A stretch of 62,744 nt of DNA, filler included, from Chiloscyllium plagiosum (GCF_004010195.1; 6 parts of 2 records of this genome joined end to end with filler, not necessarily neighbours in it); one strand, 5' to 3'; numbered from the whole stretch's first letter, positions 49,101 to 61,555 are shown. Notes: generated from the sequence alone by a model not told the origin. Program-made: numbers and translations.

Positions 49101-51767
49101 TTCCAGATCGTAACAAGCTGCTGAGGCCAAAATCATCCTTATCTTCCCTTTGGATTCTTTCGGCATTGTCTTAGTTTGTAACTCTTATAGTTACTGATCC
49201 TCCCACCTCTCTATCAAATCCTTTTATCATTTGAAACCTCAATTAAATCTTCCCATCAGACTTCCTCTTCTCAAAAATGAACTGTTCCAACTTTTCCAGC
49301 CTCTACACATTCCTTGCACTCCCTCATTGTTGCTTCCTCTCTGGATAATCTTCACTGTACCCTCTCTCAGGCCATGACATCCTTCCTAATGTTGGGAGCC
49401 TGGAACTGAACACTGGAGAATGTTGTAAGATTAAAAGAGAAAGCTTATAAAGTGACCAGAAATTATAAAAAAAATCTGAGGACTGAGAAATTCTTGGAAT
49501 GCAGCAAAGGATGATAAAGAAACTGATAAAAAAAAAGATTAGCAGAAACAACTAAGAATGCAATCTAACAAAAACATAAAAATAGATTGTGAAAGCTATT
49601 GCTTAAGAAGGAAATATCTGGCTAAATGAATGTGGGTCTATTAGAATCAGGAACATTTATAATAGGGAATAGAGAAATGATGGAAAAACTAAATAATTCC
49701 ATAGTATCTGATTTCACTGAGGAGAATTTGAGAAATCTCCCAGAACTAGGGATAGAAGTGACTGGAAATGAGGAGCTGCACCATAGAAAGCCTCCTATCT
49801 GGATGTATCACAGCTCAGTTTGGCAACTGCTCTGCCCCAGGACCACAAGAAATTACAGAGAGTTGTGAACACAGCCCAGTCCCTCCCAAAATCCAGCCTT
49901 CCATCTACTGACTCCGTCTACACTTCCTGCTGTCTCAGCAAAGACCCCTCCCATCCCGTTATAATCTCTTCCACCGGACTGAAGATACACAACTTGAAAA
50001 CACGTGCCAACAGATTTAAGAACAGCTTCTTCCCGGCTGTTATCAGGATCATGTACAGACCTCTCAGGTAACGGACCGCTCTGAGGAAGGGTCACCAAAC
50101 CTAAAATGTTAACTCTGATTACTCTTCACAGATGCTGCCAGACCTGCTGAGCTTTTCCAGCAACTTCTGTTTCTTTCTCTCATATATTAGAGTTGATTCC
50201 TCTCTGCACCTTCTCTGTCGCTGTAACACTATATTCTGCATTCTGTTCTATTACCCTGGTGTACTTATGTAAGGTATGATTTGTCTGGTTAGTACACAAA
50301 CAATACTTTCCACTCTATCACAGTACAGGTGACAATAATAAATGAAATCAAAAAGAGAAAGAAAATAGGGAACTAAGGACCTATTAGCCTGTCATCAAGA
50401 GTTAGTAAATGTTAGGATTGATTATAAAAGATGAGATAAACAAACACTTCAATGACATTGATTGGATTGGGCAGAATCAGCATGGATTTAAGAATGGGGA
50501 AGATTTCACTAACAGAACTAATAAAAGAATACTGATGGATGTAGTATACTTAGATTTTCAGAAGGCTTTTGATAAAGTGTCCCACAGGAAGCTGGTTAGA
50601 AACAGTTTGTACTTGGGAGGGAATGTCCTGGCGTGGATTAATAATTGGGGGCTAAGAGGCAGAAACCAGAGGTGGACAGATTTCTGATGACCAGTGGGGA
50701 ACAGGGCTATGGGGATGGGGTGGATAAAAGGCATCAAAGTGCTTAATCAACCATGATCATATAGAATGGTGTGGCAAACTTAACAGGCTGAATGGCCTGC
50801 TCCAATGTTTAAGTCCTATGAAGCCTACCCATAGTTAACAAATGGTTTAGTAAACCTGTCTTGTTATAGTATAACTCACTGCTTCTGTTTACTAACCAAT
50901 ACCACTTTCTCAACTTCTCCTACTACAGAACTCTCCTTCTCACCTTAAATGCATGTTGTACATACATCCCACAAGTTTCTGCATGCTATTTTCTGTTGTC
51001 TCTTTATTGGATATTGCCTTTCCTCATTCTTTTAGCAATAAGAAGCATGATTCCCTATATTAAACTTCACCTGCCATGGGGTCTACCCCATTTGACCAGC
51101 TCACCTTCGCTGTTATAGTTCCTTCTGTTATGGAGAAATCCAAGCAGGACTTCCAGAGAACCATCTTCACTGAGAGTGAGGTAAAAATGTGGGTCTGGTT
51201 ACCACATTCTGGGGCAACTCGGGATGGGCAGCAATGCTGGGCCTTGCCCATATCCCATTAATTAATTAAAAATGGCGACTGCCAGCCATTCACAAAAGGA
51301 AGAGGCTGGATAAACACACAAGAGATGTCCCAGGTAAAAACAATGTCTGCAGACGCTGGAAACCAGAGTCTAGATTAGAGTGATGCTGGAAAAGCACAGT
51401 AGGTCAGACAGCATCCAGAGAGCAGGAAAGTTAACGTTTCAGGCAAAAGCCCTTTATCAGGAATAGAACTCTATTCCTGATGAAGGGCTTTTGCCCGAAA
51501 CGTCGATTTTCCTCCTCCTCGGATGCTGCCTGACCTACTGTGCTTTTCCAGCATCACTCTAATCTAGACACAAGAGGTGTACCACAGCCTGGGGGGTGGG
51601 TTGAGATAAGGAGGTGGTGGAGGGAGTGGGGGAGGGGGGAGGAGAAGCAGCCAGAGGTTCAGAAACACACTCCTGGTTACAGACGAGCAAATGACCAATG
51701 GAATCTGCAGGTCAGTGGTTTGTTGTTCCCTTATGGTGGTGTAACTGGTTTGTCCTTTAATCGACAG

Positions 51768-51887
51768 GGTCCTTGCCGCCGACAAATGCAGGTGGTGTTG
51801 CAGAATCTGAAGAAAGCTGCCTACCTGAGTCCACATGAGGTTTATATCCCGAACTGTGACCGTAAAGGCCTGTACAAAAGGAAACAG
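51768..51887 (+). CDS. IGFBP5: IGFBP5 exon 3 (GPCRRQM...YIPNCDRKGLYKRKQ)
   Basis: 120 nt; thyroglobulin type-1 domain start and basic NLS/heparin-binding motif. Confidence 0.92.
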
Positions 51888-53266
51888 GTCCGTGAGTATT
51901 GTCGGAGCTCGTGTGAACTGCTAGCACTGTCGCTTTGCACAAAATAATAGCAATTGTACTAGCCTCCTCCTCTGGCAGCTCATTCCATATACGCACCACC
52001 CGCCAAGTGAAAAAGTTGCCCCTTAGGTCTCTATTCCCCTCTCACCTTAATCCTATGCCATCCAGTTTTGAACTTACCTACCCTGGGGAAAACACCTTAG
52101 CTATTCATCCTATCGAAGCCCCTCATGATTTTATAAACAATCTCTTCAGCCAGAAGGTGGGGACTCTGTGGAACTCATTGCCGCAGAAGGTAGTGGAGAC
52201 CAAGTCATTGAGTGTATTTAAGAAGCAGATAAATAGGTTCTTGATTCTGAAAGGGGTCAAGAGTCACAGGGAGAAGGCAGGAGGATGGGGTTGAGAAACA
52301 TATCAGCCATGATCAAATGGCAGAGTGGATTCAATGGATCAAACAGCCTAAATCTGCTTCAATATCTTATAGTCTTATGGAACCATTCTTGAAAGTCATT
52401 TCTGCACGCCCTCTGATACATTCTTTTCTGTAACGTGGTGCCTACAGCCATACACAGTACCCCAGCTGAGGTTTAATAAGTGCGTTGTCAAAATTAATGA
52501 TCATGTTCTTGCCCCTTGTACACTATATGTGCTCAGAAAGCCCTGCATCGTGAATGGCTGTTTAACCCTGCTCCCCACCGCTCCTGCCATCTTTGACAAC
52601 TTGTATGCACATACGCCCAGGTCCCTCTGCTCCTGCACCCCACCAAACCCCTCAATCCCTCCCTGCCGCATCACACTAACACCCTATACCTTCTCCCCAG
52701 CCCTGTTAGATCATAACTACTTCCTTTTCAACAGTGTCTCCTGATTCTTCGAATCAAAATGATTCACATGACATTTCTCTGCATTAAACTTCATCTGTCA
52801 TATATCTGCCCAATCCACCAACCTGTCTATAAAATATACCACTGCCCACTTCACACTGAAAACAGTTCCTGCACAACAGGTTCGAGGGGCTGAATGGCCT
52901 CCTGATGTTTCTGTGTAACAGGCTTTAGGGGCAGAATCATCCCTAGTTGCCCCTTGAGAAGGTGGGGGTGAGCTGCCTTCTTGAACCGCTGCAGTCCATG
53001 TGCTGTAGGTAGACCCACAATGCCCTTAGGGAGGGAATTCCAGGATTCTGACCCAGTGACACTGAAGGAACGGCGATATATTTCCAAGTCAGGATGGTGA
53101 GGGGCTGGGAGGGGAACTTGCAGGGGGTGGTGTTCCCATGGATCTGCTGCCCTTGTCCTTCTCGATGGAAGTGGTTGTGGGTTTGGAAGGTGCTGTCTGA
53201 GGGTCTTTGAAACTGGTGTTAGTGTGGAAGGAGGCCATTTGGCCTGTTGTGTCTGTTGCTGAAGGC

Positions 53267-53302
53267 ATTCCTGAAGAAGGGCCTGTGCCCGAAACGTCGA
53301 AT
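53267..53302 (+). ncRNA. minimal type I hammerhead ribozyme motif (best-preserved copy)
   Basis: ATTC-CTGAAGA-A-GGGC(CTGT)GCCC-GAAA-CGTC-GAAT: 4-bp stem I, stem II, palindromic ACGT stem III, GUC triplet. Confidence 0.75.
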
Positions 53303-54512
53303 CTCCTGTTCCCTGGATGCTGCCTGACCTGCTGTGCTGTTCCAGCAATAAAGTTTCAACCTGTTGTGTCTGTGCCAACTCTTCAATGAACAATTCACCC
53401 AGTGCCGTTCCCTACCTTCCTCAGTAACCCCAGACACATAGAATGCAGGAGTAGGTCATTTGGTCCACTGTTCCATTATTCAATATGATCTTGACTGTTA
53501 ATCCAACCCAGTCGCCACCACCCACATCACGCCCCCACTCCCACGTTGTCTCTCCATACACTTTGATCCCTTTAGCTCTAAGATCTAAAAGCTAATTCAT
53601 TCCTGAGTACAACCAGTATTTTGGCATCAACTGCCCTCTGTGGTAGTGAATTGCATGAGACAACCATCCTTTTCTGATAATGATCCATTCTCCTCTGTAA
53701 GCCTATGTCACACCAGTGAGGTGATGGCCTAGTGGGTATTATTGCAGGCCTATCAATCCAGAGACTCAGGTAATGTTCTGGGGTCCTGAGTTTGAATCCC
53801 ACTGTGGCATTGGCGGAATTTGAAATCAGTAAATATCTATAATTAAGAATCTAATGATTGTTAAACCATTGTCGTAAACATCCATCTGGGTCACTAATGT
53901 CCTTTAGAGAAGGAAACTGCCATCCTTACTTGGTCTGGCCTACATGTGACTCCTGTATTCCTGATGAAGGGCTTTTGCCCGAAACATTGGTTTTCCTGCT
54001 CCTCGGATGCTGCCTGACCTGCTGTGCTTTTCCAGCACCACTCTAATCTAGACTCTGGTTTCCAGCATCTGCAGTCCTTGTTTTTACCTACATGTGACTC
54101 CAGACCCACAGCAATGTGGATGACTCTTAAACCCTGTCTGGGCAGTTAGATTAGATTAGATTAGATTACTTACAGTGTGGAAACAGGCCCTTCAGCCCAC
54201 CAAGTCCACACTGAGCCTCCGAAGAGCAACCCACCCACACCAATTCCCCATCACTATGGGCAATTTAGCATGGCCAATTCACCTGACCTGCACATCTTTG
54301 GACTGTGGGAGGAAACTGGAACACCCAGAGGAAACCCACGCAGACACGGGGATTAGGGATGGGCAATAAATGCTGGGCCAGCGTTTTTCACCCTCATTCT
54401 GTGAATGATGAAAATAAATGCAGGCAGCAAGCTTTCCCTGCTGCTCATCTTGCTTTGCTGAATGACCTGGTTGTATTTTACATTGATTAGGAGTCTCCTT
54501 TCCTCTCCACAG

Positions 54513-54635
54513 TGCAAGCCCTCGAAGGGGAAGCGACGAGGCCTGTGTTGGTGTGTGAATAAGCATGGACTGAAACTACCTGGCTCCGATTTCAAGCACC
54601 GTGACTTTCAGTGTCACAGCTTTGAGAGCAACTGA
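54513..54635 (+). CDS. IGFBP5: IGFBP5 exon 4, terminal (CKPSKGKRRGLCWCVNKHGLKLPG...DFQCHSFESN*)
   Basis: ccacag acceptor; CWCV motif; DFQCH tail typical of IGFBP5; TGA at 54633-54635. Confidence 0.92.
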   Translation, partial: CKPSKGKRRGLCWCVNKHGLKLPGSDFKHRDFQCHSFESN

Positions 54636-55326
54636 TGTCACTGTGTCATTGAAACCCTCGGCAACATGTTAGGCTCCTCTCCAACCAACTGAGCTATCTT
54701 CTCACCAGCTGGGTGGCTGACTACAGACTATAAACCTTTGGCAGTGAGTGCATCAAAGTGTAATAATTTAAACAAAAATTGTATGTAATGATTTTTCGGG
54801 GCATCGGATTGGTTGAACCTGTGTGAGCTTCTTATTTTGGCTTTTCAATCTCTACCAAAGAAACACGTTTCAATTCAGATTGGCTTTGGTAAGAAACTGC
54901 TGGAGGATGGGGTAATAATGTTCTCTTTTTAAACCAAATGCCCTTTCTCATCACGAGTTAAGGAGATCTTCACCCATCCAAAAAATGCACTTAAAGAAAG
55001 CCCCCAGACCTTCAACCCAATCTTTCACCAGACACACGGACCCTACAGAGCTACAGGGATCTGGATTGGACGAGGGACTGGGGACATCCATTGTCTGGAG
55101 TGACCTCCTCCTCACTTTCATCTGAGGGCCTTCTGGAGCTGGAGGGGGTAGGGGGAAGGAGGATAGGGATGAGTGTGTCGGGGAGGTTGCTGGTCTGGGA
55201 ATGAGGGGGAGCTGGGGGGGGGGAATNNNNNNNNNNNNNNNNNNNNNNNNNNNNNNNNNNNNNNNNNNNNTTAATTAATTAANNNNNNNNNNNNNNNNNN
55301 NNNNNNNNNNNNNNNNNNNNNNNNNN

Positions 55327-55485
55327 CTGGATACCAGGGAGAGAGAGAGAGGGATACCAGGGAGAGAGGGCTACCAGGGGGAGAGAGGGGGATACCAGGG
55401 AGAGAGAGGGATACCAGGGTGAGAGGGGGATACCAGGGAGAGAGAGGGATACCAGGGAGACAGAGGGGGATACCAGGGAGAGAGA
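55327..55485. repeat. purine-rich minisatellite GGATACCAGGG(AG)n
   Basis: about 7 variable-length copies. Confidence 0.85.
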
Positions 55486-56702
55486 ACATGGGAATCCAGT
55501 ACCACAGCAATACGGTTGCCTCTTAACTCCCCTCTGGGATGGGTATTAATTACTAGCCCAGCCAGCAAAGCCCTCATCCTGGGAATGATTTTTTTAAAAC
55601 TAGTGCAGGAATTGATTTAGATTAAATTCCCTACAGTGTGAAAACAGGCCCTTCGGCCTAACATGTCCACGCCGACCCTCTGAACAGTAACTCACTTCCC
55701 TCTAACTAATGCACCTAACACTATGGGCAATTTAGTATGGCCAGTGTACCTGACCTGCACATCTTTGGACTGTGGGAGGAAATCAGAGCACCCGGAGGAA
55801 ACCCATGCAGACACGGGGAGATCGTGCAAACTCCGAGGCTGGAACCGAACCTGGGTTCCTGGTGCTTTGAGGCAGCAGTGCTAACCACTGAGCCACCGTG
55901 CCACCCTAGCCAATTGAGCCAATGCTAATGTCATCACCAACATAGACAGCACACTGCACAAATAAAAACACATTGAGTTATATTTAATCAACTCCGCATC
56001 AAACGAGATCAATATTTTAGACAGCACTGAGCAAGCATCAACAGATAGGACAACCGAAACACTGCGAGAGTCCCTGAGCACTCACACAGCAAAGGGGGTC
56101 GGAACATCAAAATTCAAAAACATGAAGTACTTCTTGTCTCATCAGAGAGAGAGCAAGGTCACACTACACGTCACACTCTAGATTTCACAGCCCATTGTCG
56201 GGGGGAGTGGGCAAACACAACAAGACTGGCAGAGGGAGCGGGGGCATAAACAGGGGAGGGGAGAGAATTTGATGGCAGAGCAGTGGGAGCAGAGGGAGAA
56301 ATAGCAGGTAAAGGTGAGAAGCAACAGTTCCAGATTTAGTAAGAGACAGGGAAAGGCAAGTTGGAGCGGACGGTCGGAGTAAATAGACCAGGGAGGGCGG
56401 TGGGGGGGGATCAGAAAGAAAGTGGGCAAGGGAGGGTGTGTGGGAATGTAGTTAATGCAGGAACAGGCCAAGGGGAAGGAAAAGAGACTCACAGAGACAC
56501 AGAGAGCGGTAAAGAGGTTGGGAGTGAGAGGAAGTCAATTAAATAAACTTAGACAGACAGAGATATATGCTAGATTCAGAGAGAACGAGAGAGGAGAGTG
56601 AGCTGGTGAGACAGAATAATAAGAGTTGCATGGAACAAGAGAGAGATGTAACACATTCATAGAATGGAGTGAGTTACACAGGGCAAGAATTGTAAAGCAA
56701 TT

Positions 56703-56880
56703 CAGTAACACAGGGCGCTGGGGGGGAGAGGGGTTACTGAGTGACAGTGTGAGGGAGCTGGATTAACATCAGTAGGGATACAGTCAGTAACACATGGCCC
56801 TGGGGGGGAGAGGGGTTACTGAGTGACAGTGTGAGGGAGCTGGATTAACATCAGTAGAGATACAGTCAGAAACACAGGGC
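56703..56880. repeat. 82-bp tandem repeat, about 2.2 copies
   Basis: CAGTAACACA recurs at 56703 and 56785, partially at 56867. Confidence 0.85.
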
Positions 56881-57290
56881 ACAGTGAACACATTTGCAGT
56901 TCTGATGTGATGATTTTTTAGTGTTGTTTTTGGTTAACAGTGTGGTTAGCAACTGAGAGAACTATGTACAGAGAAGTTGTGTTTGATTGAATGGTGTTGC
57001 AGACTTGATGGGCTGAATGGCCTAATATCTGCTCCCATGTTCTATGGGTTTTATGGACCCACAATGCCCTTAGGGAAGGAATTTCAGGAAGAATGTTTCT
57101 GAGATCTTGCTGTGCACAAGCTGACTGGAGACTTTGGGGTGTCCAGAGGTGATATATAAATACATTTTTGGTTGCTCTTTCTTCCACAAATGGGGACATG
57201 ATCTGCAACAGAATCGTTCCACCAGTCAGGGAGGACGGGGGATTATTATCTGTTTCCTGCAGATTCAGAGTAAACATCAAGTTGTGCACA

Positions 57291-58588
57291 CCACCCCCCT
57301 CCACAATGTGTGTACCACCCCCCTCCACAATGTGTGTACCACCCCCCTCCGCAATGTGTGTACCACCCCCCTCCACAATGTGTGTACCACCCCCCTCCGC
57401 AATGTGTGTACCACCCCCCTCCACAATGTGTGTACCACCCCCCTCCGCAATGTGTGTACCACCCCCCTCCACAATGTGTGTACCACCCCCCTCCGCAATG
57501 TGTGTACCACCCCCCTCCACAATGTGTGTACCACCCCCCTCCGCAATGTGTGTACCACCCCCCTCCACAATGTGTGTACCACCCCCCTCCGCAATGTGTG
57601 TACCACCCCCCTCCACAATGTGTGTACCACCCCCCTCCGCAATGTGTGTACCACCCCCCTCCACAATGTGTGTACCACCCCCCTCCGCAATGTGTGTACC
57701 ACCCCCCTCCACAATGTGTGTACCACCCCCCTCCGCAATGTGTGTACCACCCCCCTCCACAATGTGTGTACCACCCCCCTCCGCAATGTGTGTACCACCC
57801 CCCTCCACAATGTGTGTACCACCCCCCTCCGCAATGTGTGTACCACCCCCCTCCACAATGTGTGTACCACCCCCCTCCGCAATGTGTGTACCACCCCCCT
57901 CCACAATGTGTGTACCACCCCCCTCCGCAATGTGTGTACCACCCCCCTCCACAATGTGTGTACCACCCCCCTCCGCAATGTGTGTACCACCCCCCTCCAC
58001 AATGTGTGTACCACCCCCCTCCGCAATGTGTGTACCACCCCCCTCCACAATGTGTGTACCACCCCCCTCCGCAATGTGTGTACCACCCCCCTCCACAATG
58101 TGTGTACCACCCCCCTCCGCAATGTGTGTACCACCCCCCTCCACAATGTGTGTACCACCCCCCTCCGCAATGTGTGTACCACCCCCCTCCACAATGTGTG
58201 TACCACCCCCCTCCGCAATGTGTGTACCACCCCCCTCCACAATGTGTGTACCACCCCCCTCCGCAATGTGTGTACCACCCCCCTCCACAATGTGTGTACC
58301 ACCCCCCTCCGCAATGTGTGTACCACCCCCCTCCACAATGTGTGTACCACCCCCCTCCGCAATGTGTGTACCACCCCCCTCCACAATGTGTGTACCACCC
58401 CCCTCCGCAATGTGTGTACCACCCCCCTCCACAATGTGTGTACCACCCCCCTCCGCAATGTGTGTACCACCCCCCTCCACAATGTGTGTACCACCCCCCT
58501 CCGCAATGTGTGTACCACCCCCCTCCACAATGTGTGTACCACCCCCCTCCGCAATGTGTGTACCACCCCCCTCCACAATGTGTGTACC
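57291..58588. repeat. 24-bp minisatellite, about 54 copies, with a 48-bp higher-order period
   Basis: CC(A/G)CAATGTGTGTACCACCCCCCT with alternating A and G variants. Confidence 0.97.
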
Positions 58589-58679
58589 TGCCCCCTCACC
58601 GTGTCCCTGCCCCCTCACCCCGTGTACCTGCCCCCCACCGCCTCACTGCTCTGAGCCCATGGACACAGGCTCCTACTGG

Positions 58680-60310
58680 GTCAGCTTCCTGCAGCTCTGT
58701 TTTGGATACAGCTGGTGTGTAACACACAGTCGCTCGCTTCTCGTGACCACTCCCATCTTCAGGCGGCAAAGAGGTCGACGCAGCAAACTCCACTGTGGCC
58801 ACCTCAGATTCCGAGGAATCTTTGGAGGAGAAGAGCCCATGGGTTCTGGAACCGTCAGAAAGGCTGTCGAGGTGCCCGGCATGTTTTGCTCCCATGTTTG
58901 TGAGTTTACAGCTTTCATATGGTCTACATGCTTGTTCAGGACCACTGCACCCACCCGAACTTTATACATCACTAGACATGACCCCACGTTGACCTTATCT
59001 CTTACCCACGCTGGCCCATTCCCAAGTTTCCTACACCAAACTTCATCCACTAAACTGTCTCTCTTGCTCAGCGGGGTCTTGTTTCTGGCATTGACATTTC
59101 TGATGCAGTTTCACCCTTGCACTCTTACCCGGCCCGGAAAGATCAGATTTAACCTGGGTTGGGATCTTCTCCCCATGAAACAACACTGCTGGAACTTTCC
59201 CTGGAGTTGCAGGAGGGGTGTTCCTTTAATCAATCAGATACTGGGACAGGTTGGTATCTAGTGAAGTTGAAGGCTGTTTCTTTAAGTCTGCCTTGAAGCA
59301 GACCCGCTTCACTGGGCACTGGGCACTGCCCCACCAATGCAGCTATGTCTCCATCCAATCCTGGTCACCAGACATAACTTCTTGCCAACATCTTCATTGG
59401 GGAACCCCTGGATGACCCTGGTGGAGTTCAGCCAGTATCTGGCAGTGCCCTTTGCTCAGGACAATCACTCTTGCTCCCCAGAAGAATATGCCGCCCTCTA
59501 CAGTGATCTGATCTCTCTGGGTCCAAAAAGGTTTCAATTCCGGTTGTGATGGCCCTTTGGTTTCCCCCATTGCCCACCAACTGTTTTAGTTTTGCCAGGG
59601 CTGGATCTTTCTGCACTCATAGTCCAGTGGTGTTACCACTGGTGATGGATCTGCCAGTGGGAGGCAGCTGAATGCATCCACATTTGCTATTTGGCCCCCA
59701 GAACGGTGATCCAATTTGTAATTACACGCACTTAGTATTAGAGCCTAATGCCGAATTCAGTCTGAAGCTATGGGCGTCACTGCCTTGTTCTCATTAAATA
59801 GAACTTGTAGGGATTTGTGGTCTGTTATTATTTTACAAATTTACATTTATAAAGGTATTGCTGAACTTTCTGACTCCAAATATGACCTCCCTCCCAAGCT
59901 TCCTTCTCTATCTGGGAATATTTGCCCTCTGCATTAGCCAAAGTCTTAGATGTATACCAACTGGACATTCCTCGCCATAGGGCCACCATGCGCTAATACC
60001 ACCCTAATGCCATGTGGGAAGGCATCACATGTCAATAGCATATCTCATTTGGAATCACAGTGTGCCAACACCTTAGATAGTATTAGCATGTTTCTTCACT
60101 TGCCTGAAAACTATGGGTTGGCTTCGTGATCACTTTCAAGGCTGGCCCTTTTTAAGGAGTTGATGGGAAGGCCAGACTGTGTATGAACTTTCTGTAATAA
60201 TTCACCAGCTCAGGGAAAGGCCTAAGCTCCAGTACAGGCATCAGAGTGGGGCACCTTTGATGGCCCTCAGTTTATCTTCCAATGGGTGTAAGTTGGTCTT
60301 GTCAACTTTG
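58680..60310 (-). mobile_element. degenerate Gypsy LTR-retrotransposon pol (RNase H, integrase)
   Basis: minus-strand TCDAFPHGI, IITDHKSL, QKDPALAKL, ELHQGHPG, YKVRV...KHVDHMK. Confidence 0.75.
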
Positions 60311-60344
60311 TGGGGTTGTGAATCTATGGAATTCCCTGCCCAGT

Positions 60345-60967
60345 GAACATAGAACATAGAACAATACAGCACAGAACAGGCCCTGCGGCCCACGATGTTG
60401 TGCCGAACATTTGTCCTAGCTTAAGCACCCATCCATGTACCTATCCAATTGCCGCTTAAAGGTCACCAATGATTCTGATTCTGACTCTACCACTCCCACA
60501 GGCAGCGCATTCCATGCCCCCACCACTCTCTGGGTAAAGAACCCACCCCTGACATCTCCCCTATACCTTCCACCCTTCATCTAAAATTTATGTCCCCTTG
60601 TAACACTCTGTTGTACCCGGGGGAAAAGTTTCTGATTGTCTACTCTATTGATCATCTTATAAACCTCTATCAAGTCACCCCTCATCCTTCGCCGTTCCAA
60701 TTAGAAAAGGCCCAGCACTTTCAACCTATCCTCGTACGACCTATTCTCCATTCCAGGCAACATCCTGGTAAATCTTCTCTGCACCCTCTCCAAAGCTTCC
60801 ACATCTTTCCTAAAGTGAGGCGACCAGAACTGCACACAGTACCCCAAATGTGGCCTAACCAAAGTCCTGTACAGCTGCAACATCACTTCACGACTCTTGA
60901 AGTGAATCCCTCTGCTAATGAACGCTAATACACCATAGGCCTGCTTACAAGCTCTATCCACCTGAGT
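60345..60967 (-). mobile_element. CR1 LINE 3' end
   Basis: LVRPHLGYCVQFWSP...ERVQRRFTRM; (TTCTATG)n tail. Confidence 0.88.
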
Positions 60968-61067
60968 NNNNNNNNNNNNNNNNNNNNNNNNNNNNNNNNN
61001 NNNNNNNNNNNTTAATTAATTAANNNNNNNNNNNNNNNNNNNNNNNNNNNNNNNNNNNNNNNNNNNN

Positions 61068-61497
61068 ATGATGGTTGGAGGAAGAGCGCCTCATCTTCTG
61101 CCTAGGAACCCTCCAACCACAAGGCAGGAACGCGGGTTTCACCAGTTTCCTCATTTCCCCTCCCCCCACCTTGTCTCAGTCAAATCCATCGAATTCAGCA
61201 CCGCCTTCCTAACCTGCAATCTTCTTCCCGACCTCTCCTCCCCCATCCCAGTCTGACCTATCACCCTCACCTTCACCTCTTTCTACCTATCACATTTCCG
61301 ACGCCCCTCCCCCAAGTCCCTCCTCCCTACCTTTTATCTTAGCCTGCTGGACAAACTTTCCTCATTCCTGAAGAAGGGCTTATGCCCGAAACGTCGATTC
61401 TCCTGTTCCCTAGATGCTGCCTGACCTGCTGTGCTTTTCCAGCAACACATTTCCAGCTCTGATCTCCAGCATCTGCAGACCTCACTTTCTCCTCAAC
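61068..61497 (+). mobile_element. Penelope-like 3' end with hammerhead motif (61364-61399)
   Basis: LEEERLIFCLGTLQP; CTGAAGA-A-GGGC(TTAT)GCCC-GAAA-CGTC. Confidence 0.82.
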
Positions 61498-61555
61498 ATT
61501 TCCCTTACTAACCAATTCCAATTCCTGGTAAGGTCTGCTAACGCATCATTTGTCC

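Noticed and set aside
51258..51269. A sixth TTAATTAATTAA spacer
   Set aside because: No flanking Ns; it is a natural variant of the ATGAATGAATAAA repeat tail
47696..54635. IGFBP6 or IGFBP3 assignment, with the window as the 12q13-type paralogon
   Set aside because: The linker (KDRKKRL, QESE) and tail (DFQCH) match IGFBP5, and GMPPA points to the 2q35-type region; not excluded without a tree
56918..59261. Long ORFs of 440-697 aa in five frames
   Set aside because: They arise from a stop-free 24-bp tandem repeat; there is no domain or splice support
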